NCBI GenBank assembly: GCA_964642155.1
Contig: CAZXNT010000001.1
Location: 65,238 to 129,237 of the forward strand
Reading direction: 5' to 3'
Source of the DNA: an uncultured Candidatus Saccharibacteria bacterium
Lineage (GTDB): Bacteria > Patescibacteriota > Minisyncoccia > UBA6257 > UBA9933
Length of the DNA: 64,000 nt
This document shows, one piece after another, positions 29,527 to 38,654 of the stretch. Below the pieces are notes generated by a model. The model did no database searches and was not told where the DNA came from. It saw only the letters and a list, made by a program, of their open reading frames with translations. The position numbers and the translations under genes are program-made. Positions within the stretch are counted from its first letter, which is position 1. Every line of letters starts with the position of its first letter.

Positions 29527-29551
29527 CTCTCTCTCTCTCTCTCTCTCTCTC
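29527..29551. repeat. (CT)12 dinucleotide microsatellite immediately 5' of the start of 28650..29522
   Basis: Read directly from the sequence (ctctct...c, 25 nt). Confidence 0.9.
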
Positions 29552-29660
29552 GGATTGTGATTATTGATGAATTTCATAATATTATAGTCACTAGCATTAT
29601 AAATTATTATTATACTCTAAATTATTTTATTTAGTAAATCTCTGTATTTTAATTTTTTTA

Positions 29661-31175
29661 TTATTTCATTCCGAAACTCACCATAAATTCAACTCCTTTG
29701 TCGGTTCGGTTAATTTTAGTAATCGGAAGATCCACATTATTAAAACCCTCGGCAATCAATTTGTTTTTAAAATCAATCGCCGCGTCTTCGCTCGGCCCTA
29801 AAGCGTTAAAAAGCAAGGGCATATCAATTGACTGGACATAAATTCTTCTGATGGAAATACTATCGCCGGCCGCCAAATTGCCGATTTTTTCAAAAAACTC
29901 CGACCACGCGGAACGCTCGGCGCTCACCTTAACGGCAAAATCTATTTTTTGGTTAAAACTTTCTATATCTTTTTTAATTTTTTCAAATTCTCCCCTTTCC
30001 GATTGCTTATATTGTCCCAAACCGGAAATTTGATTATTCAACGAAACAATGGTTTTATCTAAAAACAAATTATTAATACCGATAAAAACGATTAAAACAA
30101 CCGCCAATGTGATTAAAACGACATTGCGCCAAATTTTAATAAAATCTAAAATTCTGTGTTGGAAAAATTTTTCCTCCGTTCCTATTTTCGCAAGACTTAT
30201 CATATTGTCTTTTGAGCGCGGAGTTATTCCCCTAATGGCTGAACCTAAAACTGAAAACCAGGCTGGCTGGATATTTTCCGGCGCGACATCGCCGATTTTT
30301 TTAAGACTAAGCGGTTCAACTTTGCTGAAAGAAAAATTCTCGGACACTATTTTAACAATAGCGTCGTTTAAGCCGTAGGTTACTAAAATCATCTCGTCAA
30401 TTTGCTCTTTCCAGCGGGTATTATAAAAACTTAAAACTTTTTTAACGTCGTCAATAATTAATTTTTTGAAAAGATCCATGGGAATTTCTTTTATTTCCGA
30501 ATGGACCATTTGCCAAGGAACAAAATGGTTAAAATACAAATTGCCGTTTCTCACAAGATTAAAACTTAAACCGTTGACGCCAATATAAAATAAAATAAAC
30601 GGTTTGTTTTTACTCACATTTGCCCCAAAATCAACCGCCAATCTTGCGAGAGCCAAACCGCTGAATTCAAAAGCCACCGGCATAAAATTGGCTTCTTTTA
30701 AAGATTTATCAAATTCGTCAATCATTTGCGATTCGCTAAAAGCCCCAAGAATTTCCAATTGGTCGCGGCCATCAATCACTTCTTCGCCAATTGCCTGCCA
30801 ATCAGAATAAACCTTGCTAAAATCAGTCGGGGAAATCATTTTTAAATTCAAATCAACAGCTTCTTCAAGATTACCTTCCAACATCGGCAAATTAAATACC
30901 TGAAAATAAACGTTATTATCGGGGAAGTTAATAATAACGTTAAGCTTTTCTTTCGCTTTCGCGGTTATTTGGGAATGTATAACTGACAATGCCGATACAA
31001 ATCTTTTGTAATCGCTTATTTTACCGTCCTCAACCACTCCAGCCGCCAATTTCGCGGAATAAGAAATAAATTTATCATCTTTAATAAGACTAAATTTCAA
31101 ATCAACGTCGCTTATTTCTAAAGCGCCGATTTTCGGCTGGGGATTTAAAATTTTAAAAATTTTTTTGTAATTCAT
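29661..31175 (-). CDS. pilM: type IV pilus assembly protein, PilM-PilN(-PilO) fusion
   Basis: N-terminal actin-like PilM region (LEISDVDLKFSLIK, LGSAIRGI). Single TM helix (VVLITLAVVLIVFIGI). Coiled-coil PilN/PilO-like C-terminal part. Likely start MNYKKIF at about 31175. Confidence 0.6.
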   Translation of the reverse strand: MNYKKIFKILNPQPKIGALEISDVDLKFSLIKDDKFISYSAKLAAGVVEDGKISDYKRFVSALSVIHSQITAKAKEKLNVIINFPDNNVYFQVFNLPMLEGNLEEAVDLNLKMISPTDFSKVYSDWQAIGEEVIDGRDQLEILGAFSESQMIDEFDKSLKEANFMPVAFEFSGLALARLAVDFGANVSKNKPFILFYIGVNGLSFNLVRNGNLYFNHFVPWQMVHSEIKEIPMDLFKKLIIDDVKKVLSFYNTRWKEQIDEMILVTYGLNDAIVKIVSENFSFSKVEPLSLKKIGDVAPENIQPAWFSVLGSAIRGITPRSKDNMISLAKIGTEEKFFQHRILDFIKIWRNVVLITLAVVLIVFIGINNLFLDKTIVSLNNQISGLGQYKQSERGEFEKIKKDIESFNQKIDFAVKVSAERSAWSEFFEKIGNLAAGDSISIRRIYVQSIDMPLLFNALGPSEDAAIDFKNKLIAEGFNNVDLPITKINRTDKGVEFMVSFGMK

Positions 31176-31185
31176 ATAAAAAAGT

Positions 31186-33036
31186 TTAAAAACCAACTTC
31201 GCCGTTTTTTGAATCAAAACCGACATCACTTAATCCCTGAGTGGACACGCTCTTGGCGGAACCGGTTAACTGCAAATTAACAAATTCGTCAACGGCGCTT
31301 ATTAAAGAATCTCCGATTAATATCGGATACTTCCCGATTTGATTGGCATTTGGCAATAATTCTATTTGGAAAACAGCTTCAACCGGCTTATTAATAATGC
31401 CCTTGGTTGCCGCGATTCTATCAATAAGCCAACTCACTTCTTGCGTTCTTTCATTATAAACCGGGATAGTATTTATATTGCTTTTTGCTTCACCAATAAG
31501 CCTGACACCCGGACCAAGATACGCCCCAACACTCGCATTTTTAATATCAGTGGAATAATTCCTGACAATCCAATGAACAATAAAATTTATCGGATTATTA
31601 GCTTTCGGCGGAAGCGAACCTTTATTTAAAATTCCGGAAGCTAAAATTGAAAAATCGCGGAAATAAATTTTTGAATCAAGGGCAACGGCGCCGGCAACTT
31701 TTATTTCCCAATTTGCAAAACTAGTTGTTTTATCGGTCGCCACATAATACGGAACGGTCGGCGAAGAAATATCAGCCGCGACTTTCAAAATAAAATTTTT
31801 ATCGGACAATCTTTTAATAGGATAACTCGGCTTCACACTTATTTCAAATTCAACCGCGCCGCTTCCGCCGGGTTCAATTAAATGCAATTCTGCATTGCTT
31901 GCCGCATTCCACGTTAAAGTGTTATCGCGGGAATCAAAAGAGGCATTGGTTCTTAATTGGGAAAAATCAAACATTTCTCCGCTTAATTTCGTCTTAACCA
32001 CAACGTCTCCAAGTCCAACGTCGCTATTATTTGAATAAACAACTCTGAATTTTAAATTGCCACCCGGCAAAACATATTCCGAAGAAACGTCAAATTCAAT
32101 TTTTAAAAAAAGCGGCGACGGCGCGATATTCACCTTCGCGGATTTCTCGCTGATTTTAAAAACTTGATTTTCACCTGCCTGACCGGCGGGCAAGTAAGAA
32201 GCTTCAATGTTTGAATTGATTTCAAAAAACGTTTGATTAATGCCGGAAATTTTTCCAACAACGGCGATTTCGCCTTTCTGATTTTTATTTAAATTGCCAA
32301 TATCTAAAACATTGTCGCTAACCGCGGGGTTGGAACTTTTAACGATAAAATCTTTGGGAAAATTAAAATTCAGTTTAACGCTGGAAAAATCAAATTCGGA
32401 AATATTTGAATATTTGATTACCACTTCAAACTCTTCATTGTTTAAAACTTTTTCCGGAGCGACAAGGTCAAACTTGATGGCCGGTTCGCGGACGGAAACT
32501 TCCACGGTTTGTTTTTTTTCAAAAGTAGTTCCCAGAGCCGAGGTATAACTTACTGAAACATTGAATTTTTTAACTGACTCGCCGTCGCTAAAAATTAAAA
32601 TTTTTATTTTCTCGCTGAAACCGCTTTCTGGATTGATATCTCCGATTTCTTTTTCAAAATTTCTTTTTTCTTTGCTAATATTCAACGCCGCCACTCCTTC
32701 TGGCAATAAAACAGAAAGCCTAACGTTTTCCAAAACTTTTTTTGAACCATTGTTAAAATCCACCGCCAAATCAAACGGAACACCCATTAGAACATTGTCT
32801 TTGGCAGATGCGATAAGCGATATTTCGCGGCTGGCTGAGAAATAATTATAAAAATAAAAACTTGACACTGCCACTCCTATCGTCGCCAAAGCAACCAACA
32901 CCCAAAATATCCGATGGCTTATGAGGCTAATTTTTACGACGGGCGCGCCGGCTTTTTTGCCAAAATTTTGCGCTAAATCAAACTTTTGTTCCTTATTCCA
33001 ACTTGAACCGTAATTTTTATTATCTTCTTGGGCCAT
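31186..33036 (-). CDS. membrane-anchored protein with multiple beta-sandwich (CARDB/DUF11-like) domains, pilus-associated by position
   Basis: N-terminal TM (IFWVLVALATIGVAVSSF). Repeated V.V.Y.N beta-rich modules. Likely start MAQEDNK at about 33036. Confidence 0.45.
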   Translation of the reverse strand: MAQEDNKNYGSSWNKEQKFDLAQNFGKKAGAPVVKISLISHRIFWVLVALATIGVAVSSFYFYNYFSASREISLIASAKDNVLMGVPFDLAVDFNNGSKKVLENVRLSVLLPEGVAALNISKEKRNFEKEIGDINPESGFSEKIKILIFSDGESVKKFNVSVSYTSALGTTFEKKQTVEVSVREPAIKFDLVAPEKVLNNEEFEVVIKYSNISEFDFSSVKLNFNFPKDFIVKSSNPAVSDNVLDIGNLNKNQKGEIAVVGKISGINQTFFEINSNIEASYLPAGQAGENQVFKISEKSAKVNIAPSPLFLKIEFDVSSEYVLPGGNLKFRVVYSNNSDVGLGDVVVKTKLSGEMFDFSQLRTNASFDSRDNTLTWNAASNAELHLIEPGGSGAVEFEISVKPSYPIKRLSDKNFILKVAADISSPTVPYYVATDKTTSFANWEIKVAGAVALDSKIYFRDFSILASGILNKGSLPPKANNPINFIVHWIVRNYSTDIKNASVGAYLGPGVRLIGEAKSNINTIPVYNERTQEVSWLIDRIAATKGIINKPVEAVFQIELLPNANQIGKYPILIGDSLISAVDEFVNLQLTGSAKSVSTQGLSDVGFDSKNGEVGF

Positions 33037-33041
33037 TTTAT

Positions 33042-33614
33042 TTATATTAATAATAATTGATTTTGAGCAATTTTTCCAGCGCATTTGACGCATAAAAAAA
33101 TATGCTCGGGTTTTAAAAAATAATCGGCTCGCGGATTATCGCAAACAACGCAAGAAGCGTGTTCCGGGTCAAATCCCAAAATTTTCAACAAGCCGCGATA
33201 AATTACCCTATCTTCAAGGCCGGCCAAATCGGCGCTGAAAATTTTTTTAATCGCCTGCCAAAGACGCAAATCCTGATGAAGCTCAAAAGTCATTTCATTG
33301 ATAAATTGCGCGATATTCAAAAATTTCGCGAGATTTTCCGGATTTTTTTCCAATTGAGAACCGTCTTCAATAGTCAACGCATCAACCACCTGAAATCCCT
33401 GCCTGCCGGCAGATAAGGCATTCTTCTCAATCAACCGACAATTGACAAAATTAAGCGGCTGAAGATGGCTGTTGAGTTTGGAAGTTATTTTTCTCGCGCT
33501 TTTCGCCATGGCAATCACTTTACCGAAATCGCGGGTATATAAAGTAATAATGGCATCCAATTCTTTGCTTATTTTATTGTCGAAAACAAACGCCTCAGTA
33601 TAATGTTCAAGCAT
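33042..33614 (-). CDS. recO: DNA repair protein RecO
   Basis: OB-fold N-terminus and C-terminal zinc finger CVVC...CVKC. Confidence 0.6.
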   Translation of the reverse strand: MLEHYTEAFVFDNKISKELDAIITLYTRDFGKVIAMAKSARKITSKLNSHLQPLNFVNCRLIEKNALSAGRQGFQVVDALTIEDGSQLEKNPENLAKFLNIAQFINEMTFELHQDLRLWQAIKKIFSADLAGLEDRVIYRGLLKILGFDPEHASCVVCDNPRADYFLKPEHIFLCVKCAGKIAQNQLLLI

Positions 33615-33631
33615 ATGTTATAATTATATAT

Positions 33632-33713
33632 GCTCCCGTGGCGGAACTGGAATACGCGCGGCGTTTAGAACGCCGTCCCGCAAGGGTTAGAGGTTCAAAT
33701 CCTCTCGGGAGCA
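33632..33713 (+). tRNA. tRNA-Leu (anticodon TAG), long variable arm
   Basis: Acceptor stem GCTCCCG/CGGGAGC. Anticodon stem CGGCG/CGCCG with loop TTTAGAA. T-loop GGTTCAAATCC. Confidence 0.75.
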
Positions 33714-33715
33714 CA

Positions 33716-34051
33716 TTATTTCCCCCTGTCGCCGTATTTTTCAAAAATCGTCCAAAAACTGAAAATTTTTTCTCCTTCGTTATAAACTTTATGAAAATCG
33801 CCGGCGGGTATAAGAACAACATCCTCTGCTTTAACGGAAATTTTTTGTTCCGCCACTTCTATTAATCCTTCTCCATCAATAAAAATATGAACCTCATCAG
33901 CATCGCTATGAGAATGACCGGTTGTGGCTTTCCCCGGATAAAGTTCTGTTAAGGAAAGAGTTAAATGATTTAAACTGGACAAGTCATAAACCTTATAAAT
34001 TTCATTGTCTCGTATGAGTTTGGCTGATTGTTTATATTCTTTGATATTCAT
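33716..34051 (-). CDS. cupin-domain protein
   Basis: Cupin motifs GHSHSDADEVHIFIDGEG and VVLIPAGDFHKVYN. Confidence 0.65.
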   Translation of the reverse strand: MNIKEYKQSAKLIRDNEIYKVYDLSSLNHLTLSLTELYPGKATTGHSHSDADEVHIFIDGEGLIEVAEQKISVKAEDVVLIPAGDFHKVYNEGEKIFSFWTIFEKYGDRGK

Positions 34052-34060
34052 ATTATTATT

Positions 34061-34132
34061 TGCCCTCGCGAGGAATCGAACCTCAATTTTAGGTTTAGGA
34101 AACCCATGTCCTATCCGTTGAACGACGAGGGC
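34061..34132 (-). tRNA. tRNA-Arg (anticodon CCT)
   Basis: Reverse complement folds with acceptor stem GCCCTCG/CGAGGGC, anticodon loop TTCCTAA and T-loop TTCGATT. Confidence 0.7.
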
Positions 34133-34229
34133 TTATTGTCAAATTATGATTGCTTGAATATAATAATTAAAACACAAATAATAATAATTTCAAAGGTCGT
34201 TTTAATTTTTTAATTTATAATTTAAAACA

Positions 34230-34535
34230 ATGATGCAAGGATTTTTTGGAAGCGGGAGTTTTGGAGCCGGCTTCAACAATATGATGAATAACTGGGGAAA
34301 TTGGGGAATGCCTTTCAGTGCCGGCGTGTTTTTTGGATTCGGCAGCCTGATTATGCTCGCTCTTATAGTTTGGGTTCTTTATTGGAAAGGAATCGCATTG
34401 TGGAAAGCCGCGCGCGCCGGAGAAAAATATTGGTTTATTGCCATACTTATAATCAATACGCTTGGTATTTTGGAAATACTTTATATTTACGTATTCAGCA
34501 AAAAACAAATTAAGGAAGAAAAACAAACGGCATAA
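34230..34535 (+). CDS. small Gly-rich two-TM membrane protein
   Basis: Gly/Asn-rich N-terminus and two hydrophobic helices. Preferred over the antisense ORF 34215..34619, which overlaps a tRNA. Confidence 0.4.
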   Translation: MMQGFFGSGSFGAGFNNMMNNWGNWGMPFSAGVFFGFGSLIMLALIVWVLYWKGIALWKAARAGEKYWFIAILIINTLGILEILYIYVFSKKQIKEEKQTA

Positions 34536-34547
34536 AATGCCGTTTAT

Positions 34548-34618
34548 GGGCCTATGGTATAGTGGTAACACGACTCCATGGCATGGAGTAGTCGGCGGTC
34601 CGATTCCGCCTAGGTCCA
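34548..34618 (+). tRNA. tRNA-Ala (anticodon GGC)
   Basis: G3:U70 identity pair in the acceptor stem GGGCCTA/TAGGTCC. Anticodon loop ATGGCAT. The T-loop reads TCCGATT (C at position 55 by my parse), which is unusual. Confidence 0.55.
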
Positions 34619-34663
34619 AAATTTTAATTTAATAAAGGTCGGCTAAATAAAAATTATATTTTT

Positions 34664-34909
34664 ATGTCAAAAAATGTAGGCGCGATAGATAGAGTTATTA
34701 GGATTATTGTCGGATTGGTTTTGTTGTATGGCGGATATTATTTCGGTATCTCAACTATTGTCGGAATTATTTTGATTGTATTAGGCGCGATTTCCATTAT
34801 TGACGCTATTACAGGATTTTGTTTGATTTATAAAATTTTGGGGATCAGCACCGCTAAATCAAAAAATCAAGAACAGACAACCCCGCCAATTCCACCCCAA
34901 GGACAATAA
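34664..34909 (+). CDS. DUF2892 (YgaP-like) small membrane protein
   Basis: GAIDRVIRIIVGLVLLYGG ... TGFCLIYKILGIST matches the DUF2892 pattern. Confidence 0.6.
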   Translation: MSKNVGAIDRVIRIIVGLVLLYGGYYFGISTIVGIILIVLGAISIIDAITGFCLIYKILGISTAKSKNQEQTTPPIPPQGQ

Positions 34910-35062
34910 TAATTTTGTGGGTAAGGGGAATCGGCTACAAGTAAATTTCCTAACGGAAATTTCTCGCAGCCCGCTCCTCGCGGCGCTCGCCTTTCGCCTT
35001 CGGCGAAAACTCGCGCATCGCTGCGGTCTTCGATTCCCCTTAAATAAACTTCAAGTTGAAAT

Positions 35063-35092
35063 AAAAACTTCCCGATTGGGAAGTTTTTATTT
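35063..35092. terminator. rho-independent terminator hairpin (aaaacttccc gatt gggaagtttt)
   Basis: Perfect 10-bp stem with T/A runs on both sides. Confidence 0.6.
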
Positions 35093-35098
35093 CAATTG

Positions 35099-35169
35099 AG
35101 CGGGTAAGGGGAATCGAACCCCTGTCATCAGCTTGGAAAGCTGAGGTAATACCATTATACGATACCCGC
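35099..35169 (-). tRNA. tRNA-Gly (anticodon TCC)
   Basis: Reverse complement has acceptor stem GCGGGTA/TACCCGC, anticodon loop TTTCCAA and T-loop TTCGATT. Confidence 0.75.
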
Positions 35170-35227
35170 GATTTTTAAATTATATCCGTTTTGTTGCTTT
35201 TTTCAAGAATTCACGCAATAATTTAAC

Positions 35228-35854
35228 ATGCTCAGAAATACAACTTTGATTAAAAATCTGTATTTAAAAATTCCCCGCCGAATGCGAATTTTAATTATTT
35301 TTCTGCTGATTGTCGCGGCGGTTTGGTTAATCGTCAAGATATTGACTCCCGACGCAAAAAATACGCCAAAAGAATTTTTGGAAACCCGCCAGGAAGCTTC
35401 TCTTATTGCCAAAGACATTATTAATATTTCCGGCCGCACCGCTGAAAATATAAAAAAAATATCCGACCTTGATAAAAATAAAGAATATACCGAAGCGCTT
35501 AACTTGATTTCGGAGGAATTAAACAATAACCGCAAAGCGAGAGAGAGTGCCATAAAATTGTCTTCCCAATTGGAAATAATGGCAAAAAACGTTTCGCAAA
35601 TATCGCCGGCAGCCGCCGGACAAATCGCCATTCAAGCAATCAGTTCGGAAACCGCTCTAATCAGCCGGCTTATTACTTATAACGACTACCTAATAAAGCT
35701 TCTGGAAATTTTGCAGGCTAAATTTTTGGAAAAAGAAAAAAATGCCAACGATAAAATAGCGGACTTAATTGAAAAAATTAACGATGAAGCGCGGGCAATC
35801 AACGACCTGAATAATAATTTTAACAGCTTAATGACAGAATTTGATAAAATATGA
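35228..35854 (+). CDS. membrane-anchored coiled-coil protein
   Basis: N-terminal TM (ILIIFLLIVAAVWLIV) and a long coiled coil. Sits upstream of two receiver-domain genes and the pilin gene. Confidence 0.4.
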   Translation: MLRNTTLIKNLYLKIPRRMRILIIFLLIVAAVWLIVKILTPDAKNTPKEFLETRQEASLIAKDIINISGRTAENIKKISDLDKNKEYTEALNLISEELNNNRKARESAIKLSSQLEIMAKNVSQISPAAAGQIAIQAISSETALISRLITYNDYLIKLLEILQAKFLEKEKNANDKIADLIEKINDEARAINDLNNNFNSLMTEFDKI

Positions 35855-35879
35855 TACAATAAGCGCAATATAAAAAATA

Positions 35880-36254
35880 ATGACCGAAATACAAAACAAA
35901 AAAATTCTGGTTGTTGAAGATGAAAAACCTCTTTGTGATGCGATTAAATTTAGATTGGAACGCTATGGAATAACGACTTTTATCTCCAATTCAGCAGAAG
36001 AAGCGATGGAAATTCTAAAAAAGGAAAATGTTGATTTGATATGGCTTGATATAAAATTGCCGAGAGTAAACGGCATTGATTTTTTAAAAATAATTAGAAA
36101 TAATCCTGATTGGAAAGATAAAAAAGTGATAGTTGTTTCCGCTTCCGGAAGCGATGAAATGAAAAATACAATGAGAGAAATGGGAATTTTAGATTATATA
36201 GTGAAAAACGAGATGAAATTAGATGACATAGTCGCGCGCGCCGCGAACGCTTAA
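35880..36254 (+). CDS. stand-alone response-regulator receiver (CheY-like) protein
   Basis: ILVVEDE...DLIWLDIKLP...VVSASG pattern with conserved phospho-acceptor Asp. Confidence 0.8.
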   Translation: MTEIQNKKILVVEDEKPLCDAIKFRLERYGITTFISNSAEEAMEILKKENVDLIWLDIKLPRVNGIDFLKIIRNNPDWKDKKVIVVSASGSDEMKNTMREMGILDYIVKNEMKLDDIVARAANA

Positions 36255-36269
36255 AATTTAAAACATATT

Positions 36270-36644
36270 ATGGATGATAAAAAAACAATTTTAGTGGTTG
36301 AGGACGATTTCTTTGTTTCCAGAGCTTATGCCATTAAGCTTGAAAAAGAAAATTTGAATGTCCAATCCGTCACTGACGGCGAAGCGGCTATTGATTATCT
36401 GAAAAAAAACGAAGTGCCAAATTTGGTGCTTCTTGATTTAATGATTCCGAAAAAAAGCGGTTTTGAAGTTTTGAAAGAAATTAAGGAGAATGAAAAATGG
36501 AAAAATATTCCTGTAATTATTCTTTCCAATCTCGGCCAAGAAAGCGATATTAAAAAAGGTAAAGAAATGGGCGCCGCGGAATATATAATCAAGGCGGATG
36601 TTGATATTGAAGAAATTATTGAAAAAGCGAAAAAATATCTGTAA
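36270..36644 (+). CDS. stand-alone response-regulator receiver (CheY-like) protein, tandem paralog
   Basis: ILVVEDD...LVLLDLMIPKKSG...IILSNLG receiver motifs. Confidence 0.8.
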   Translation: MDDKKTILVVEDDFFVSRAYAIKLEKENLNVQSVTDGEAAIDYLKKNEVPNLVLLDLMIPKKSGFEVLKEIKENEKWKNIPVIILSNLGQESDIKKGKEMGAAEYIIKADVDIEEIIEKAKKYL

Positions 36645-36670
36645 AATAATCATGAACTGAAAAGGTCGAG

Positions 36671-37321
36671 TTGATTTTAAATAAAATTATGAATTCAAAA
36701 AATATTAAAAAAGGTTTTACATTACTTGAACTTTTAATCGTTATCTCCATTTTGGCGGTTTTGGGCGCGATTGTTATTTTCCTGCTAAATCCGGCGGAAA
36801 CATTGAAAAAAGCGAGGGACTCGCAAAGAATCAGCGATTTATCAACGATTAAAACAGCGATTGGTATTTATATGACCAGCGTATCGTCTCCGCAGTTTGA
36901 CGGCATAAGCGGAACGAAAAATGATAAATGTTTAGGTGGTGCTGGAATAATAACGGCATATACAAGTTTTGTTGGGACAGCTACTACTACTCCAACTAGC
37001 GATTATAGCCCCACTTTTACAGTGGTGACTAATTCCACTACAGCTTCTTCATCTCTTGTTGATGGCACTGGCTGGATTCCTGTTAATTTAACTTCCCTTA
37101 CAGGCGGTTCGCCGATTTCTAATATGCCAGTTGATCCCATTAACGATAATACGGATTTAATATATCGTTATGCTTGCAGAAAATCTCCATTAGGGTTTGA
37201 AGTTGACTCGACTTTGGAAAGCACCGCGTTTACGGTTGATGACGATAAAGGGGCAAAAGACGGAGGCAATAATAGCGCTCGTTTTGAAGCAGGAACCGAT
37301 TTAAAAATTTTGAAGATTTAA
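36671..37321 (+). CDS. pilA: type IV pilin (prepilin with N-terminal methylation motif)
   Basis: KKGFTLLELLIVISILAVLGAIV gives the class III signal G|FTLLE. Variable beta-rich C-terminus. Confidence 0.8.
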   Translation: MILNKIMNSKNIKKGFTLLELLIVISILAVLGAIVIFLLNPAETLKKARDSQRISDLSTIKTAIGIYMTSVSSPQFDGISGTKNDKCLGGAGIITAYTSFVGTATTTPTSDYSPTFTVVTNSTTASSSLVDGTGWIPVNLTSLTGGSPISNMPVDPINDNTDLIYRYACRKSPLGFEVDSTLESTAFTVDDDKGAKDGGNNSARFEAGTDLKILKI

Positions 37322-37357
37322 CTATTTTGCCGTAATTAATATTCAAAAGTATTTTTT

Positions 37358-37392
37358 AAAAACAGCCCATTGATTTTCGGGCTGTTTTTGTT
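37358..37392. terminator. rho-independent terminator after the pilin gene (aaaaacagccc...gggctgttttt)
   Basis: GC stem followed by a T run. Confidence 0.6.
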
Positions 37393-37408
37393 TAATATAA
37401 ATTTATAA

Positions 37409-38650
37409 ATGAAACGTCCGATATTTTTATTCTTTATAATTATTCTTTTGGCCATTATAGCGGTTTTTTTTGTCTATCCAAAATTTCCCCAACCCTTTAA
37501 CTGGTTGGAAAAAAAATTACCCTGGAAATTAGGTCTTGATTTAGTCGGCGGCACACACCTTATTTATGAAATTAACATGAGTCAAGTGGCCGGCGTTGAC
37601 CGCGATTCGGTTATTTCCGGTCTTCGCGATGTGATAGAAAAAAGAGTGAATCTTTTCGGCATTGCCGAACCCTCAATCGTTACCGCCAAAGAAGGTGATA
37701 ACTATCGTTTAATAGTTGAACTCGCCGGAATAAAAGACGTTAAAGAAGCCGTAAACCAAATTGGCTCAACTCCGCTTTTGGAATTTTACGAAACTTCAGC
37801 GGTCGGGACATCAACGCAATTTATTCCAACTAATTTAACCGGCCGCTATTTAAAAGGCAGCCAGATTGATTTTGACCAGACCACCGGCGCTCCGCAAATA
37901 GCTTTACAATTCAATGACGAAGGCGCAAAAATCTTTGAAGAAATAACCGGCCACAATGTCGGCAAATTGGTTTGTGTTTCCATTGACCGCCAAATTAACG
38001 ACAATGACTGCGCCACTGTTCAGGAAAAAATTTCCGGCGGACGAGCGCAAATCACCGGTCGTTTCACTCCCGAAGAAGCCAAAAGAATCGTTTCCCGATT
38101 TAACGCTGGCGCCCTGCCAGCGCCCATAAATTTAATCAGCCAGCAATTAGTCGGCGCGAGCTTGGGACAAGAATCGCTTAAAAAAGCCATTTACGGCGGT
38201 CTTATCGGCACATTAGCGGTTATGGTTTTTATGCTCATTTATTACCGAACGCGCGGTATTTTCGCTTCCTTGGCGCTTTTAATTTACACCGCCCTGACAC
38301 TGGCTATTTTAAAATTATTTTCCGCCACAATGACTTTATCGGGCATTGCCGGTTTTATCCTTTCAATCGGAATGGCGGTTGATGCCAATATTCTTATTTT
38401 TGAAAGAACGAAGGAGGAAATTAAAAAGGGCTTAACGAAAATATCGGCGATTGAAGAAGGATTTAAGCGCGCTTGGCCGTCAATCCGCGACTCAAATGTG
38501 AGCACGATTATTACTTCACTTATTCTTTATTTTTTCACCACCAGTTTTGTCAAAGGATTCGCCTTAACGCTTTTAATCGGCGTTCTGGTTTCCATGTTTT
38601 CGGCAATAACCATTACAAGAACAATGATGAGAATATTTATTAAAAAATAA
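37409..38650 (+). CDS. secD: protein translocase subunit SecD
   Basis: LGLDLVGGTHLIYE motif with the expected TM topology. Confidence 0.85.
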   Translation: MKRPIFLFFIIILLAIIAVFFVYPKFPQPFNWLEKKLPWKLGLDLVGGTHLIYEINMSQVAGVDRDSVISGLRDVIEKRVNLFGIAEPSIVTAKEGDNYRLIVELAGIKDVKEAVNQIGSTPLLEFYETSAVGTSTQFIPTNLTGRYLKGSQIDFDQTTGAPQIALQFNDEGAKIFEEITGHNVGKLVCVSIDRQINDNDCATVQEKISGGRAQITGRFTPEEAKRIVSRFNAGALPAPINLISQQLVGASLGQESLKKAIYGGLIGTLAVMVFMLIYYRTRGIFASLALLIYTALTLAILKLFSATMTLSGIAGFILSIGMAVDANILIFERTKEEIKKGLTKISAIEEGFKRAWPSIRDSNVSTIITSLILYFFTTSFVKGFALTLLIGVLVSMFSAITITRTMMRIFIKK

Positions 38651-38654
38651 AATT

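Noticed and set aside
33607-33822. 71-aa minus-strand ORF
   Set aside because: It overlaps tRNA-Leu(TAG), so it is a tRNA-antisense artefact.
34215-34619. 134-aa minus-strand ORF
   Set aside because: It overlaps tRNA-Ala and is antisense to a more plausible small membrane-protein ORF. It has no start context.
35203-35631. 142-aa minus-strand ORF
   Set aside because: It is antisense to the 35228..35854 coiled-coil protein gene, which has a clear signal-anchor and operon context with the receiver genes.
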